A program made the position numbers and the translations under genes. This document shows positions 54,226 to 64,000 of a stretch of DNA of 64,000 nucleotides, one piece after another; position 1 is the first letter of the stretch; every line of letters starts with the position of its first letter. Source of the stretch: an uncultured virus (IMG/VR IMGVR_UViG_3300045131_000274) (Duplodnaviria; Heunggongvirae; Uroviricota; Caudoviricetes); IMG/VR virus record IMGVR_UViG_3300045131_000274; one strand, given 5' to 3'. A model generated the notes under the pieces. It worked only from the letters and a program-made list of their open reading frames with translations. It ran no database searches and was not told the origin of the DNA.

Positions 54226-54497
54226 ACAACAAGCTAACCGCTAAGCACAGGCGCCACTTGGCTTTGGTAAAAGCATTACCATGTAGCGTATGTGATGCAC
54301 CAGGCCCCAGCGCTGCGCATCATGTAAAGCAGAACCAGCAGTACACCGCTGTCGCCCTATGCGCCGAATGCCACCAGGGCCCGGTCATGGGATGGCACGG
54401 TCAAAGGCGCATATGGGCCATCAAAAAGATGGACGAGCTGGATGCTTTAAATATCACCATAGAAAGATTGCTGGATGAATCCATACAAAATAGATGA
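54222..54497 (+). CDS. HNH-like Zn-finger nuclease (Ref/DUF968-like)
   Basis: VKALPCSVC.......HH......ALC.ECHQG. Confidence 0.65.
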   Translation: MNNKLTAKHRRHLALVKALPCSVCDAPGPSAAHHVKQNQQYTAVALCAECHQGPVMGWHGQRRIWAIKKMDELDALNITIERLLDESIQNR

Positions 54498-55311
54498 GCC
54501 TACCGTTATTAGTTTCTCCGGTGGCAGGACGTCAGCCTATATGTTGTGGAGGGTATTGCAGGAAAACGGCGGCCTCCCATCAGAGGCCAAAGTTTGTTTT
54601 GCCAACACTGGCAAGGAGGAGGAAGCTACGCTACAGTTTGTCAATGACTGCTCGGTGAACTGGAGCGTACCCGTGACCTGGGTTGAGTATGTTTCCCACG
54701 AAGAAGCCGACCGTAGATTTAAAAAGGTAACCTACGAAACGGCCAGCCGTAACGGTGAGCCATTTGAAGAGGTCATTAGGCACTACGGCAAACTACCCAA
54801 CCCAATAAACAAATCTTGCACTGCCGAACTAAAGATTCGGGCGGTGGCCAGGTACCTTAAGTCTATTGGATGGGAAGAGTGGACTGCAATGGTAGGGATC
54901 AGGGCGGATGAGCAAAGACGAGCCGCCAAATTAAGAGCCGATAGGAAGGCCGAAACGCCCATTGCACCCTTGGCTATGGATGATGTGGATATCGCGCAGA
55001 TAGAGGCGTTCTGGGCGACCCAGCCATTCAAATTAGAACTCACCACATTCAACGGCAAAACTTTGGCGGGTAACTGCGACCTTTGCTACCTAAAGCCAGC
55101 CGGGCAAATCCTATCTTTGATCCAAGAAAAACCTATGCGGGCGGTTTGGTGGGCAAAGATGGAAATGTTGGCAGCCACCATTACTGACGGCAACGCAAAC
55201 AAGTTCAGGATCGATAGACCAAGCTACTCAGAAATGCTGAACTATTCCCAAAAACAAACCGACTTGTTTGACCCGGACGACGAAGGCATCGCTTGTTTTT
55301 GTGGTGATTAG
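54475..55311 (+). CDS. PAPS-reductase/DndC-like PP-loop protein
   Basis: ISFSGGRTS (PP-loop), FANTG.E, CT.ELK, GIRADE and GNCDLCYLK. Confidence 0.85.
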   Translation: MNPYKIDEPTVISFSGGRTSAYMLWRVLQENGGLPSEAKVCFANTGKEEEATLQFVNDCSVNWSVPVTWVEYVSHEEADRRFKKVTYETASRNGEPFEEVIRHYGKLPNPINKSCTAELKIRAVARYLKSIGWEEWTAMVGIRADEQRRAAKLRADRKAETPIAPLAMDDVDIAQIEAFWATQPFKLELTTFNGKTLAGNCDLCYLKPAGQILSLIQEKPMRAVWWAKMEMLAATITDGNANKFRIDRPSYSEMLNYSQKQTDLFDPDDEGIACFCGD

Positions 55312-55326
55312 TACTACAAAATGCAC

Positions 55327-55351
55327 CGAGAACCGAAACGTTTTGGTTCTC
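55327..55351. repeat. 25-bp imperfect palindrome, copy 2 (between convergent genes)
   Basis: cgagaaccgaaacgttttggttctc, the reverse complement of 35566-35590. Confidence 0.9.
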
Positions 55352-55366
55352 GATACACTTTAGTTC

Positions 55367-58300
55367 TCATTTAAGAGATTTGCGTAGTGACTCAGCTTGC
55401 TCGGCGTACATGCCAATCAACTCTTTCAAGCGGTCAATTTCTTCGCGTTTGTCTGAGCCGGACAGTCCTTCGTTGGCGTTGACTTCGCGGATCTGTTTAC
55501 GTATCGCAGCCATCTTCTTGGCTGTCTGATCGTAAATTTTAGCCAAAGCAATCTTGTCGCCCTTCTCTTCCATGATCTGCATAACTTTATCCGTTTGATT
55601 GGATTCAGCATAGTGGCGCATGTCGGCAAAGGCTTGGCTAATCTGACGGTTGTTCTCATAGAACGCAGTGGCATAGCGCGACTGGTTAGATGGCAATGAC
55701 TTAACCAACCCCAGACTAGCGCGGTCCAGCCACTTGGCATCAGGATAATCACCATCATTAAACGGCATAACGGCGTAATGACTTGTAACCGCAGCCGTGC
55801 TACCCAGCCAACCAAAGTAGGCCTTGATTGCATAGTCCACCTGGACGGGCGACAGCTCGCCCTTCTCACCCAGGATTGCGGTCATACCGCCCAAAGCTAT
55901 GGCCAGCGGGCTAGTTGTATCAGCTGCGCGCTCCTGCTTAGACAGGCGCTCCATGCCGGCGCTCTCAATAGGTGAGCCGGTAAAGCTATCTTTGTTGGCG
56001 TACAAATCCAGCACCGGTTTAAATATCTGCGGCACAGGATTCAAAGCAAACGTATCACCCAGCATGCGCTTGATACTGTCGCCAAACTGTTTGCCTTCTG
56101 CTTCCTGGTCAACGATCTGCTCCAGGACGCGCTCGGCCATGGTTCCAAATGCGCCAATTTCAAACGGCTTGGGTACACGGAATGCGAAGTCCATACCGGG
56201 CAACTTAAACCACCAGAAGTTATCGCGGTCCCATTCGTCTCTCTTCTTGTAGTCTTCGTCGTCTTTGAACATCATGTACAAAGCCATGGACGCACCGGCC
56301 ACAGCTAGTGTGGTGTAGCCAAACGCTTCAGCTTTCTGCTTGTCCGTCTGCTCAATGGGTTTGCCGGTCACGGTGTTGTACAAAACGCGCGCCGTAGGAG
56401 TTACACCATCACGGCCCAGCTTATACAAGCCTTGGACGCGGGCATTCATAAACGGCACCACTTGGGTCACCAATCTAAACGCCGGCCACGAACCCTGCAT
56501 TGAGAAGTCCAACAGATCCCTGGCAGCAAACGCCGCCTGGAGGTGCGTTAACTTACGCTCGCGCATCTGGTTGTACAAAGCCATACGGTTAGCAGCTTCA
56601 GATTTGTTGCCCCATTCCTGGTACTTATCCCAAGCGACGTTCAGGCCGGCTTTAATCTTTTCTTGGGTGTCCAAGATATGCTCACCCTTGACGCCCTGAG
56701 CCAGCAAACGCTTGATCAACCTGGACTGGTCGCCTTCATAAGCCGAGCCAAAGTTAAAGATTGCACCACCGGCCAGAGCAGAGATGTGCGCAGGATTGTT
56801 TTTATCCGTGGCGGCCCAGCCCTCAATCACGTTGGCAAATGGATTGCGCTTTAGGTCGCTAACAGCCAGCGCCTGGATTGAATCGCGAATCAAGTTGTTT
56901 ACTTTGAAGCCGGGGGCAATCGTCACGCCGTATTGCAGTAGGTTCTTGAAGTCACGAGCAACATCCAGGAACTTTGACTTGGGGCCCAAGTAACCAATAG
57001 ATGTAATGGAATCTAGCAGCATCGGATCCAGCACTTCAAAGTAAGCGGGCTGGCCGTTGATCATTGTCTTGACCATGCCTTTGCCGGCTTCCATATATTC
57101 TGGACGCAACGAACCATCCCCCACTACTTCCCCTGATTTAGTGGATACCACCTGACCGTCTTCCCAAGCCAGGCCAACTTTTAGGTTTGGAATAGCAGCG
57201 CCAGCTTCCATTGCGGCATTGAGCGTTGCGTTGGACGCCTGGTTCTTCATCGACGCTGACAGGATATGACTCCAGTTGCGCAAAGTGTTTTCCATCAGGT
57301 CGCCAAATGGTTTATCGCTCTGGCCCTTCAGCTCAGCACTAAACTTCTGGCTAGTTAAACCGGAAGCCGTGGCCGCGTCTTGCAGGTCACCACTTTCCAT
57401 TTGTTTATAAAAAGGAATGTAGAACAGATCCTGGGAGAAACGCTCATAAGCCGCCTTGTCCATTAGGCCGGCGTTGTACGCAACATCCAGCACAGATTTA
57501 TTCAAGGCGTTCATGTCCTGCTGAACCTCTTGATACACCTCTAAGCGGGGTCTACCATTGATTTCACCTTGCACCAATTGATCACGGTCAGCAAGCAGCG
57601 GGGCTAGATTGGGAGAACGCTTTTCAATAGGCAGGCGCGACTCACGACCCAGGGCAATCCACATCATGTAGCGGTCTGTCTCAGCACCGACGGGCTTCAT
57701 AGCTTCAAACAAACCTTTGGTCTTGCCTTTGATATCCAGGGCGCCACCGTTGTTGTAAACATGGCCGTGCATCAGCAAACCTTCTAGCGCACCGTCCACA
57801 GTCTTTGACAGGCGGGCCATCATGTAAGCCTCTTCGCTGTAGTCTTTGATGGTGCGGTACTGGTCAGCAATACCTTGGGCGGCACGGCGCCAGAAGCCAT
57901 CCCTCATGCCGGCAATGCGGTCAATGATGGTCTTGGTCTGGGGGTTAAAGACTTCGCCTAGCTTTTTAACATAATCCGCATCCATGTCGGACAGGGCTTC
58001 GCGGTTAATAGGCTCACGCTTTTGTAGCTTCTGCTGGGCTGCAGCTTTGACGGATGCTGCAACCTTGGCGGCCGTGTCACCCGCTTCTTTCAGCATGAAC
58101 ATTTCCATCTGCGCATCTTGCGAGATGATTGGCGGAATCGTCATGTCCTGGGCTTTTTGAGCGGCTTCATTAGCAGCTTCCAAATACTTCTTGAACGTTT
58201 CGTTAGGCAGGTAGCCAGCATTCTTTACCTTGGCATAGAACGCACGAAGCGAATCAGCCAAGCGTTTAAAGAACTGCTCAACCACACCCACAGGCTTGTC

Positions 58301-61300
58301 GGACGTTAAAGCCCAACGTGAAACCTGGTCGGCATACCATTCTTTAAAGTTAAACCAATACGGATCCATGTGGGCAGCCATAGCGCCTTCACTAATGTCC
58401 GTGGTTTTTGCCGTTGTCTTGGCGCGCAAAGAATTTACCAGCTCGCGGGCGGTCTTGCCTTTGGTGGACGCCAACCACTTGTCGTACTCAGCTTTGATGG
58501 CCGCCTGGGTTTCAGCTGGTGCTTTGTTAAACACCTCAAACTGGTGCATGTGGCCCATCTCGTGCGCCATAATTTCTAGCATTGACGTAATGCTAGAAGA
58601 CGGCGTCATGGCAATGTAGTAATCTCCATTCGGCATCTGGCGCATCGAGCCTGCCAAACGGTAGTCCAGGGCGGCAGATCCAACGGCGCGCCACTGGCCC
58701 GTCATGTTGTGTGCATCTACGCGGGCATCAGGTATGGTGGTGATGTAGATGTTGTTATTAATACCCAACATCTCTTTCCAACCCTTGACCACGCCAGCAA
58801 TTTTAGGCGGCATGTTTTTGGAAAACGCCAACCCATTTTTGTCAAATTTGATAAATGGATTCTCAGCTTCTGCCTGCGCGTCGGCAGTTTCCAGGTCCAA
58901 CCTGACCTGACGCAACTCTTTAGTTTCAGCATCTGTTAAACCGTTGGTGCCTTGTTGCGTATCAATATCAAAGTTGTTGCGGGTAAAATCTTTGATGGCC
59001 ACATAAACCGGATTGCCTGTTCGCTTATTCCAGCCGCGCACTAAAGCCAACGATCCGCGCTGCCAGACCACTTGGCCGTTGACACCTTCGGCGCCAGCAT
59101 CTACAAACGCAATCTGCTCTGGCGTAGCATCCCGCAGCATGTACAAGAACTCACCGCGGTCGGAGTACTGGACATTTTTAGCCAGCACAAAACGGCCTAT
59201 CTGGATGACGTCGTCAGCAGCTATCACGGGCTGCTTGGTTGCCCGGTCATAGAAGTAGGAGTGACGCAGCGGATCAAAGCTGACCTGTGACCATGCTTTA
59301 TCTTTCAATAAGCGCTGGACCATTGCATAGGCTTCTTCAGGCGTAATGCTGACCCAGTTACCTTCCATCGTTTGCTGGGGTGACTTGTTGCCCTGGTCTA
59401 CCTTGTTACCACTCTTGCTAATTGTCGGCTCAGCCTGGGTGGCCACCTTCATGGCAGCCTTTTGGTTACGAATAGAGAACCGTACGTTCTGTATGCGGGC
59501 AGCGCTTGAGTAACTGATGGGTGAATTAGGATTGTTTTCTGGATGGATAGCAACAACGCTACCTGTCAGACCCTGAGATTTAGCGCGGCCCAGGGCATTA
59601 ATATCCATGCGCAAACCAACCGGCGTACCGTCAGCAATCGGCGCATTCATTTTGGATATCTGGTTAGTCTGCAAAACCAACTTCATGTCAGATTGAGACA
59701 TGGGCCGCTCAGGGTTTGGAATCGTGCCAATAGGCATGTAGAAATCTACATACTCATCAAACTGTTCTTTGGTAATGCGGCCAGCTTGTAGTTCGCGGGC
59801 AGCCAACACAACCTGTTGCTTACGGCCTTCTTTTGTCTTAAAGCCTTCGGGAGGCTTAAGCTCGGGAGGTGCCCTGGGCTTTGCTGGTTCTGCAAAGATA
59901 TCTGTCTGACCAAGAGACGCAGCAACATCAGCATCCCGGTCGCTACCTGTCAGGACAAAGTCAGCAGCAGCTTCGTCGGCTTTAGCTTTCTCTTCCGCCG
60001 CACGATCAACAGCTTTCCTGTCTTTTTCCGCTTTGATTGCAGCATCTTGCTTAGCCACAATCTCTTCAACGGAAGGTTGGGTTAGCTCGAGCCCAGCTCC
60101 CTCATCGCTCGGTTGGCCAGTATCCTGGACGCTATCTTCACGGCCTGCGGTGATGGTGTCTTCGAGGGCTGACTTGAAGGCTTTGTAGTAGGCTTGGACG
60201 GACTGGTTTTCTGTTTCATAAAAGACCTCTTCTTGAATGGATGCCGTATCAATACCCAGCTCATCGGCTTGAGCCAACAGCGCGCGCACTTCAGCTTGAA
60301 CATCAGGCTCGGCAGCGTCGTAGCCCGTACCGTCAAAGTCAGACATCTCATATCCCAACTCTTCATCAATAGGGGAATACAGGGATGCTTCTTCTTCTGC
60401 TTTTAGGTAATCAGCAAAGCGCTTTTCTTCGTCGCGCTTCGTCATTTCTTCCACGTCTTGTGGGCGGTACTGGGGCTTCTTGACGCTGTCCGTAATCATC
60501 TTGCGGGCATCGTTCTGGGTTGCGTTCTCACCCAGGTAGCCAGCTTCTTGAAGCTTGGTGTAAGCCTCTTCCATGCTGATGCCTTTGCCTTCGCCGGCAA
60601 ATAGGAATCGGTTGCCAACACGAATGTTTTTGTCCATGCCCAGATCAGACATTTCAGATTTAACCAAGCCGCCTTCGCTGGTGATGTACTCATGCGCAGA
60701 CATGGGCACACCTGTAGCCGACGTCTTGGCCAGGCCTAAACGTTTAGCTTTGGCTTCATCAGCAGCAATCTGCTTGGGCGTCTTGGGTGCCAAGATGAAA
60801 CCCTTCTTATCCTTTGTGGGCAAGACGCGCATTTCAGGGTAGTTTTTACGCGCCATATCCGCTGACTTGCGGGATTTAAATGGTACGCCGCCTTCAGTAA
60901 CGGGCTGCGGTGCTACCGCCAACTTACCCTTCTCGTCCAGCTCACGCTTGGCAGCTGCGTCGTGGCCAATGTTGTCAGGGTGATTAAAGTAATCCACCTT
61001 GGGCTCTTTAGGCGTAACCACCTTAGCGGGCGGGATCAGGCCCAGCTCATCTACTTCAGCTTGCGTAAGCGACGGATACTCTTCCCGCACTGCAGGCGTC
61101 GTGGTAACGGCCGGCGTCTCTGGCGGCTTTTCCAGCGTTAAAGATGTGGGTGTGACGGCTGGTGTAGCCGGCTTAGGCTGGGGCGTCAGGTTACCCTTCT
61201 TGTCCAGCTTTAGCTCATATCCCAATTCACCCAACGCTTCACGCTGACGGGCGTTATTCATGATCGGGTCACGGCTGTATGCGGTAGCCATAATCCCATT

Positions 61301-62917
61301 CACGCGTGACTGAATGTCTGTGGCTTCAGCAGCCTTCTTGTCTTGCTCAGCTTTAGCCGCGGCCGCAGCTTGGTCTGCCTGGCGCTGACGGATAGACGCC
61401 ATTAAATCTTCGTTAGCTGTAGTCCCAGCCAGGGACTGACGCACCTCATCAGCCCGCCGGCCTTCAGCAATCTTTGCTTCTTGAGCCGCGCGCTCAGCCG
61501 CAATATCTCTACCCGCTGGCGGAATAGGAACAACAACATCGTTGCCTTGTTTATCCCTAGACATTTGGTAACCCAGGGTAGCCAGCTGTTCATCACGGCG
61601 GATGGCGTTAAGCGCTGGATCACCGCTGTACGTAGCGGCAGCAGTAGCTTTGGCTTCGGCATCACGCTTAGCTTTAGCTTCTTTCTCAGCCTGGACGCGC
61701 AACTCTTCATCGGCAGCAGCCTTCTCATCAGCACGAACCCGAGCGGCCTGCATTAAATCTTCATTACGTGGGGCAGCTTGTTGCTCAAACAAACCAGCAG
61801 CGCGTTCTTGTGTAGCACGTTGTGCGTCCAGCTCATCTTGTCTAGCTTTAGCGGCGGCAGCTTCACGCTCACGGGCCGCACCCATGACATCAGCACCCAT
61901 ACCCTGACGGCCAGCAGCTTGCTCCCGGAACATCTCGGCGGGTGTTTTTCCGGTTAGGGAAACAGGCGGCTTGTATGCTTCTGGCTCAGGCTCAGGCGTA
62001 ACGGTAGGTTTACGCAGCGCACCAGCAGCCGCACCACCCACACCACCAACAGCAGCAGCGCCAAAGAATGCCTCTTTGTATTCGCGCATAGCATCATCAC
62101 CCTTGAGGGGTAAGCCTGCTTGCCAACGTTCACCCATCTGCTCAAGCACTTCAGTAGGCGCTTCGGCCACCACACCAACGGTAGCGCCAGTAGCAGCACG
62201 GACGCCGGCCCGTTTGGCTAACTCAGCCGCGACCTGCTGACCTAGAATCTTTTCTGGTACGTTACCAAACCCCAGCATTAACCTGTCGGCAAAGTAACCA
62301 ATAGGCGCCGTAACCGCGGCAGTAGCGGCAGCTTTACCAGGCGCAAGGGTTTCACCAGTAGCGCCTTCTTCAGCCTGACGGCGCATGAAGTTACCAAACT
62401 GTTGTAGGCCATACGTACCAATACCCGCCACCGGGCCAACAATTGGGGCAAACGGGCCAGACACAGCAGCAGCGCCAATACCAGCGGCCAACGGCACAGC
62501 CATAGATGGAGCGCTTTGTAATACCTGCTCAGTCAGGTAGGATGGAACCTTCTTGGCCGCAGACAGTAGGCCCTGTTCTTGATATGCTTTTTCCAGATCA
62601 GCAAACGACACGCCCTGGGGTTTGTTTGCTTCCGCCTGCGCCTGGGCGCGAATGTCTTCTGCTTGTTTGCTGGCAGACTCCCGCATTCCCAGGGCAGCTT
62701 TAATGCCCAACCCAATGCCGGCAGCGCTTTCAGGCACGGCTTCAAAGCCACGGACAGCAGCAGCTTTAGCACTACCTAGAAAGGTGGGCTCCGCTGGTAG
62801 GGGCTCAGCCTGCCCCTGCATACTCTTGATGTATGTGGCTATTTGCGTGGCCGCCTGTACGTCACCCGCCGCATGCGCGTTTTGTAGCGCACGGTAAAGA
62901 GTCTGCATGTCTGCCAT
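55367..62917 (-). CDS. Giant internal virion / large polyvalent protein with HExxH zincin-like domain and LPD38-like C-terminus
   Basis: 2516 aa. Hydrophobic Ala/Gly N-terminal region, AHEMGH...EWYAD, and PFMNARVQG...W.RDNFW...RVPKPFEIG. Confidence 0.75.
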   Translation of the reverse strand: MADMQTLYRALQNAHAAGDVQAATQIATYIKSMQGQAEPLPAEPTFLGSAKAAAVRGFEAVPESAAGIGLGIKAALGMRESASKQAEDIRAQAQAEANKPQGVSFADLEKAYQEQGLLSAAKKVPSYLTEQVLQSAPSMAVPLAAGIGAAAVSGPFAPIVGPVAGIGTYGLQQFGNFMRRQAEEGATGETLAPGKAAATAAVTAPIGYFADRLMLGFGNVPEKILGQQVAAELAKRAGVRAATGATVGVVAEAPTEVLEQMGERWQAGLPLKGDDAMREYKEAFFGAAAVGGVGGAAAGALRKPTVTPEPEPEAYKPPVSLTGKTPAEMFREQAAGRQGMGADVMGAAREREAAAAKARQDELDAQRATQERAAGLFEQQAAPRNEDLMQAARVRADEKAAADEELRVQAEKEAKAKRDAEAKATAAATYSGDPALNAIRRDEQLATLGYQMSRDKQGNDVVVPIPPAGRDIAAERAAQEAKIAEGRRADEVRQSLAGTTANEDLMASIRQRQADQAAAAAKAEQDKKAAEATDIQSRVNGIMATAYSRDPIMNNARQREALGELGYELKLDKKGNLTPQPKPATPAVTPTSLTLEKPPETPAVTTTPAVREEYPSLTQAEVDELGLIPPAKVVTPKEPKVDYFNHPDNIGHDAAAKRELDEKGKLAVAPQPVTEGGVPFKSRKSADMARKNYPEMRVLPTKDKKGFILAPKTPKQIAADEAKAKRLGLAKTSATGVPMSAHEYITSEGGLVKSEMSDLGMDKNIRVGNRFLFAGEGKGISMEEAYTKLQEAGYLGENATQNDARKMITDSVKKPQYRPQDVEEMTKRDEEKRFADYLKAEEEASLYSPIDEELGYEMSDFDGTGYDAAEPDVQAEVRALLAQADELGIDTASIQEEVFYETENQSVQAYYKAFKSALEDTITAGREDSVQDTGQPSDEGAGLELTQPSVEEIVAKQDAAIKAEKDRKAVDRAAEEKAKADEAAADFVLTGSDRDADVAASLGQTDIFAEPAKPRAPPELKPPEGFKTKEGRKQQVVLAARELQAGRITKEQFDEYVDFYMPIGTIPNPERPMSQSDMKLVLQTNQISKMNAPIADGTPVGLRMDINALGRAKSQGLTGSVVAIHPENNPNSPISYSSAARIQNVRFSIRNQKAAMKVATQAEPTISKSGNKVDQGNKSPQQTMEGNWVSITPEEAYAMVQRLLKDKAWSQVSFDPLRHSYFYDRATKQPVIAADDVIQIGRFVLAKNVQYSDRGEFLYMLRDATPEQIAFVDAGAEGVNGQVVWQRGSLALVRGWNKRTGNPVYVAIKDFTRNNFDIDTQQGTNGLTDAETKELRQVRLDLETADAQAEAENPFIKFDKNGLAFSKNMPPKIAGVVKGWKEMLGINNNIYITTIPDARVDAHNMTGQWRAVGSAALDYRLAGSMRQMPNGDYYIAMTPSSSITSMLEIMAHEMGHMHQFEVFNKAPAETQAAIKAEYDKWLASTKGKTARELVNSLRAKTTAKTTDISEGAMAAHMDPYWFNFKEWYADQVSRWALTSDKPVGVVEQFFKRLADSLRAFYAKVKNAGYLPNETFKKYLEAANEAAQKAQDMTIPPIISQDAQMEMFMLKEAGDTAAKVAASVKAAAQQKLQKREPINREALSDMDADYVKKLGEVFNPQTKTIIDRIAGMRDGFWRRAAQGIADQYRTIKDYSEEAYMMARLSKTVDGALEGLLMHGHVYNNGGALDIKGKTKGLFEAMKPVGAETDRYMMWIALGRESRLPIEKRSPNLAPLLADRDQLVQGEINGRPRLEVYQEVQQDMNALNKSVLDVAYNAGLMDKAAYERFSQDLFYIPFYKQMESGDLQDAATASGLTSQKFSAELKGQSDKPFGDLMENTLRNWSHILSASMKNQASNATLNAAMEAGAAIPNLKVGLAWEDGQVVSTKSGEVVGDGSLRPEYMEAGKGMVKTMINGQPAYFEVLDPMLLDSITSIGYLGPKSKFLDVARDFKNLLQYGVTIAPGFKVNNLIRDSIQALAVSDLKRNPFANVIEGWAATDKNNPAHISALAGGAIFNFGSAYEGDQSRLIKRLLAQGVKGEHILDTQEKIKAGLNVAWDKYQEWGNKSEAANRMALYNQMRERKLTHLQAAFAARDLLDFSMQGSWPAFRLVTQVVPFMNARVQGLYKLGRDGVTPTARVLYNTVTGKPIEQTDKQKAEAFGYTTLAVAGASMALYMMFKDDEDYKKRDEWDRDNFWWFKLPGMDFAFRVPKPFEIGAFGTMAERVLEQIVDQEAEGKQFGDSIKRMLGDTFALNPVPQIFKPVLDLYANKDSFTGSPIESAGMERLSKQERAADTTSPLAIALGGMTAILGEKGELSPVQVDYAIKAYFGWLGSTAAVTSHYAVMPFNDGDYPDAKWLDRASLGLVKSLPSNQSRYATAFYENNRQISQAFADMRHYAESNQTDKVMQIMEEKGDKIALAKIYDQTAKKMAAIRKQIREVNANEGLSGSDKREEIDRLKELIGMYAEQAESLRKSLK

Positions 62918-62926
62918 AGCCCAACC

Positions 62927-64000
62927 TTATTTTGCGTATTGATTCACTAAGTTAGCAATATTGTCTGGCAAATCGGGCATGATCCCAGCGCCACGCTCAA
63001 TATCTTGCATGATAGCTTTGGCAGCAGCTTTTTTAGCAGGATCTTTAGCAAAATAGTATTGTTGCGCAGCGGTTTTATACGCTTCATTCTTTTCAACCAA
63101 GGCTTGACGCTGCAAAGTTACTTTATCTTGAGCCGTAGCGCCCCGAGTGCCGGTCTTGATGCGTTCAATGTCTTGCAACATTTTTTCAGCAGCCGCAGGA
63201 TCTTTAGCCTTGAGCGCGCCGTATTGAGACAACAGACGCTCAGTTTCACCTGGTCTATTAGCAACCGCTGCTTGAATACGTGCAACTTCCAACGAATTCA
63301 AATTGCGCTCTTTGGCAATCTGCATCTGCACTGCATTGCTAGATGCTTGGTTAGCCAAATTAATATTACCTTGCATCTGTGAGCCCAAGACGCTGGCGCC
63401 CGTAGTAGCAGATGTATCGCGCAATTTGCTTAATGTATCGCCGATTTTATTAGCTCCGGCAATGCCTTCTGAGCGGCGGGCAACATCAACTGCGTTACGC
63501 AAATCCATTTCTTGCTGCTGCATCTTCAAATCTTCAGCGCGCTTCTGGGCTTGCATGGCTGTGTAAGCCGGGCCTAAGCCAGACAAACCTTTAGACTGAC
63601 CAGCCTGGCCAAACACGCGAATTAAATCATCTAAGCCGGATGGTTTGGATTGGTTATACAAATCACGCGCCGCCTGGATTCGAGCTTCTTGCTCTTCACC
63701 GCCACGACCTTTAATACCCATAGCGGTTAAGCGCGCTTGGTTTTCTGTCAACAAAGATGCCTGATCCGGAGCTTTTAACGCCGTAGCGACAGCAGCGGCT
63801 GCGGCAGGATCGCTTAATCCAGGAATGTTTGGTGTGCCAGGTACGCCCACATTTAAAGGCTCTTGCACTGGACCCATCTGTTGGGTAGCAGGCTTTGCGG
63901 CTTGCTGCGTTACAGGTGGACGAGGAGGGGCAGGTGGGCGGGGAGGGGCTTCAGCCAACACGTTGGTTGCTTTGCTTTGGCCGTAAGGGATGATCATGTC
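62927..64000 (-). CDS. 3' part of a probable internal virion protein (starts beyond the window edge)
   Basis: Open to the window end, Ala/Gln-rich, directly upstream of the giant protein. Confidence 0.7.
   Translation of the reverse strand, partial: DMIIPYGQSKATNVLAEAPPRPPAPPRPPVTQQAAKPATQQMGPVQEPLNVGVPGTPNIPGLSDPAAAAAVATALKAPDQASLLTENQARLTAMGIKGRGGEEQEARIQAARDLYNQSKPSGLDDLIRVFGQAGQSKGLSGLGPAYTAMQAQKRAEDLKMQQQEMDLRNAVDVARRSEGIAGANKIGDTLSKLRDTSATTGASVLGSQMQGNINLANQASSNAVQMQIAKERNLNSLEVARIQAAVANRPGETERLLSQYGALKAKDPAAAEKMLQDIERIKTGTRGATAQDKVTLQRQALVEKNEAYKTAAQQYYFAKDPAKKAAAKAIMQDIERGAGIMPDLPDNIANLVNQYAK

Noticed and set aside
1..64000. CRISPR array, diversity-generating retroelement or retron
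   Set aside because: No regularly spaced repeat-spacer array and no reverse transcriptase motifs. Fibre repeat differences are not adenine-specific by eye.
1..64000. Stop-codon recoding or tRNA genes
   Set aside because: Core genes are intact under the standard code and all three stops are used. No cloverleaf was recognised in the intergenic regions, though no tRNA scan was run.

Overview
The window is most or all of a ~64-kb tailed-phage genome of podovirus-like layout, with no host chromosome visible. The host is probably a freshwater betaproteobacterium (inferred from the RpoA-CTD-like gene and gene content). A leftward late operon (36.4 kb to 1, apparently continuing at 64 to 55.4 kb) carries terS, a LexA-type DNA-binding protein, terL, a P22-like portal, a GroES-like protein, scaffold, major capsid, small basic proteins, adaptors, three fibre/spike genes, two HNH genes, a glycosyltransferase, a GH108 lysis cassette, a nozzle and four probable ejection proteins, one of 2516 aa. 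Short GC-rich early genes run rightward (36.8-42.1 kb). A primase/helicase/ParB block with small accessory genes runs leftward (42.1-48.8 kb), followed by a structured non-coding region (48.8-49.5 kb) and a rightward exonuclease/ERF/SSB/PAPS-reductase-like block (50-55.3 kb). I recognised no DNA polymerase, integrase, tRNA, CRISPR array or reverse transcriptase. The most notable signals are: a shared [MFYL]xxGG peptide tag in many probable internal virion proteins; tandem TonB-box-like motifs in a probable ejection protein; an unannotated 59-aa protein resembling the scaffold C-terminus; a 25-bp palindrome present twice in inverted orientation; and several pseudoknot or switch-like RNA candidates. 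Family assignments come from motif recognition by eye, not database searches.
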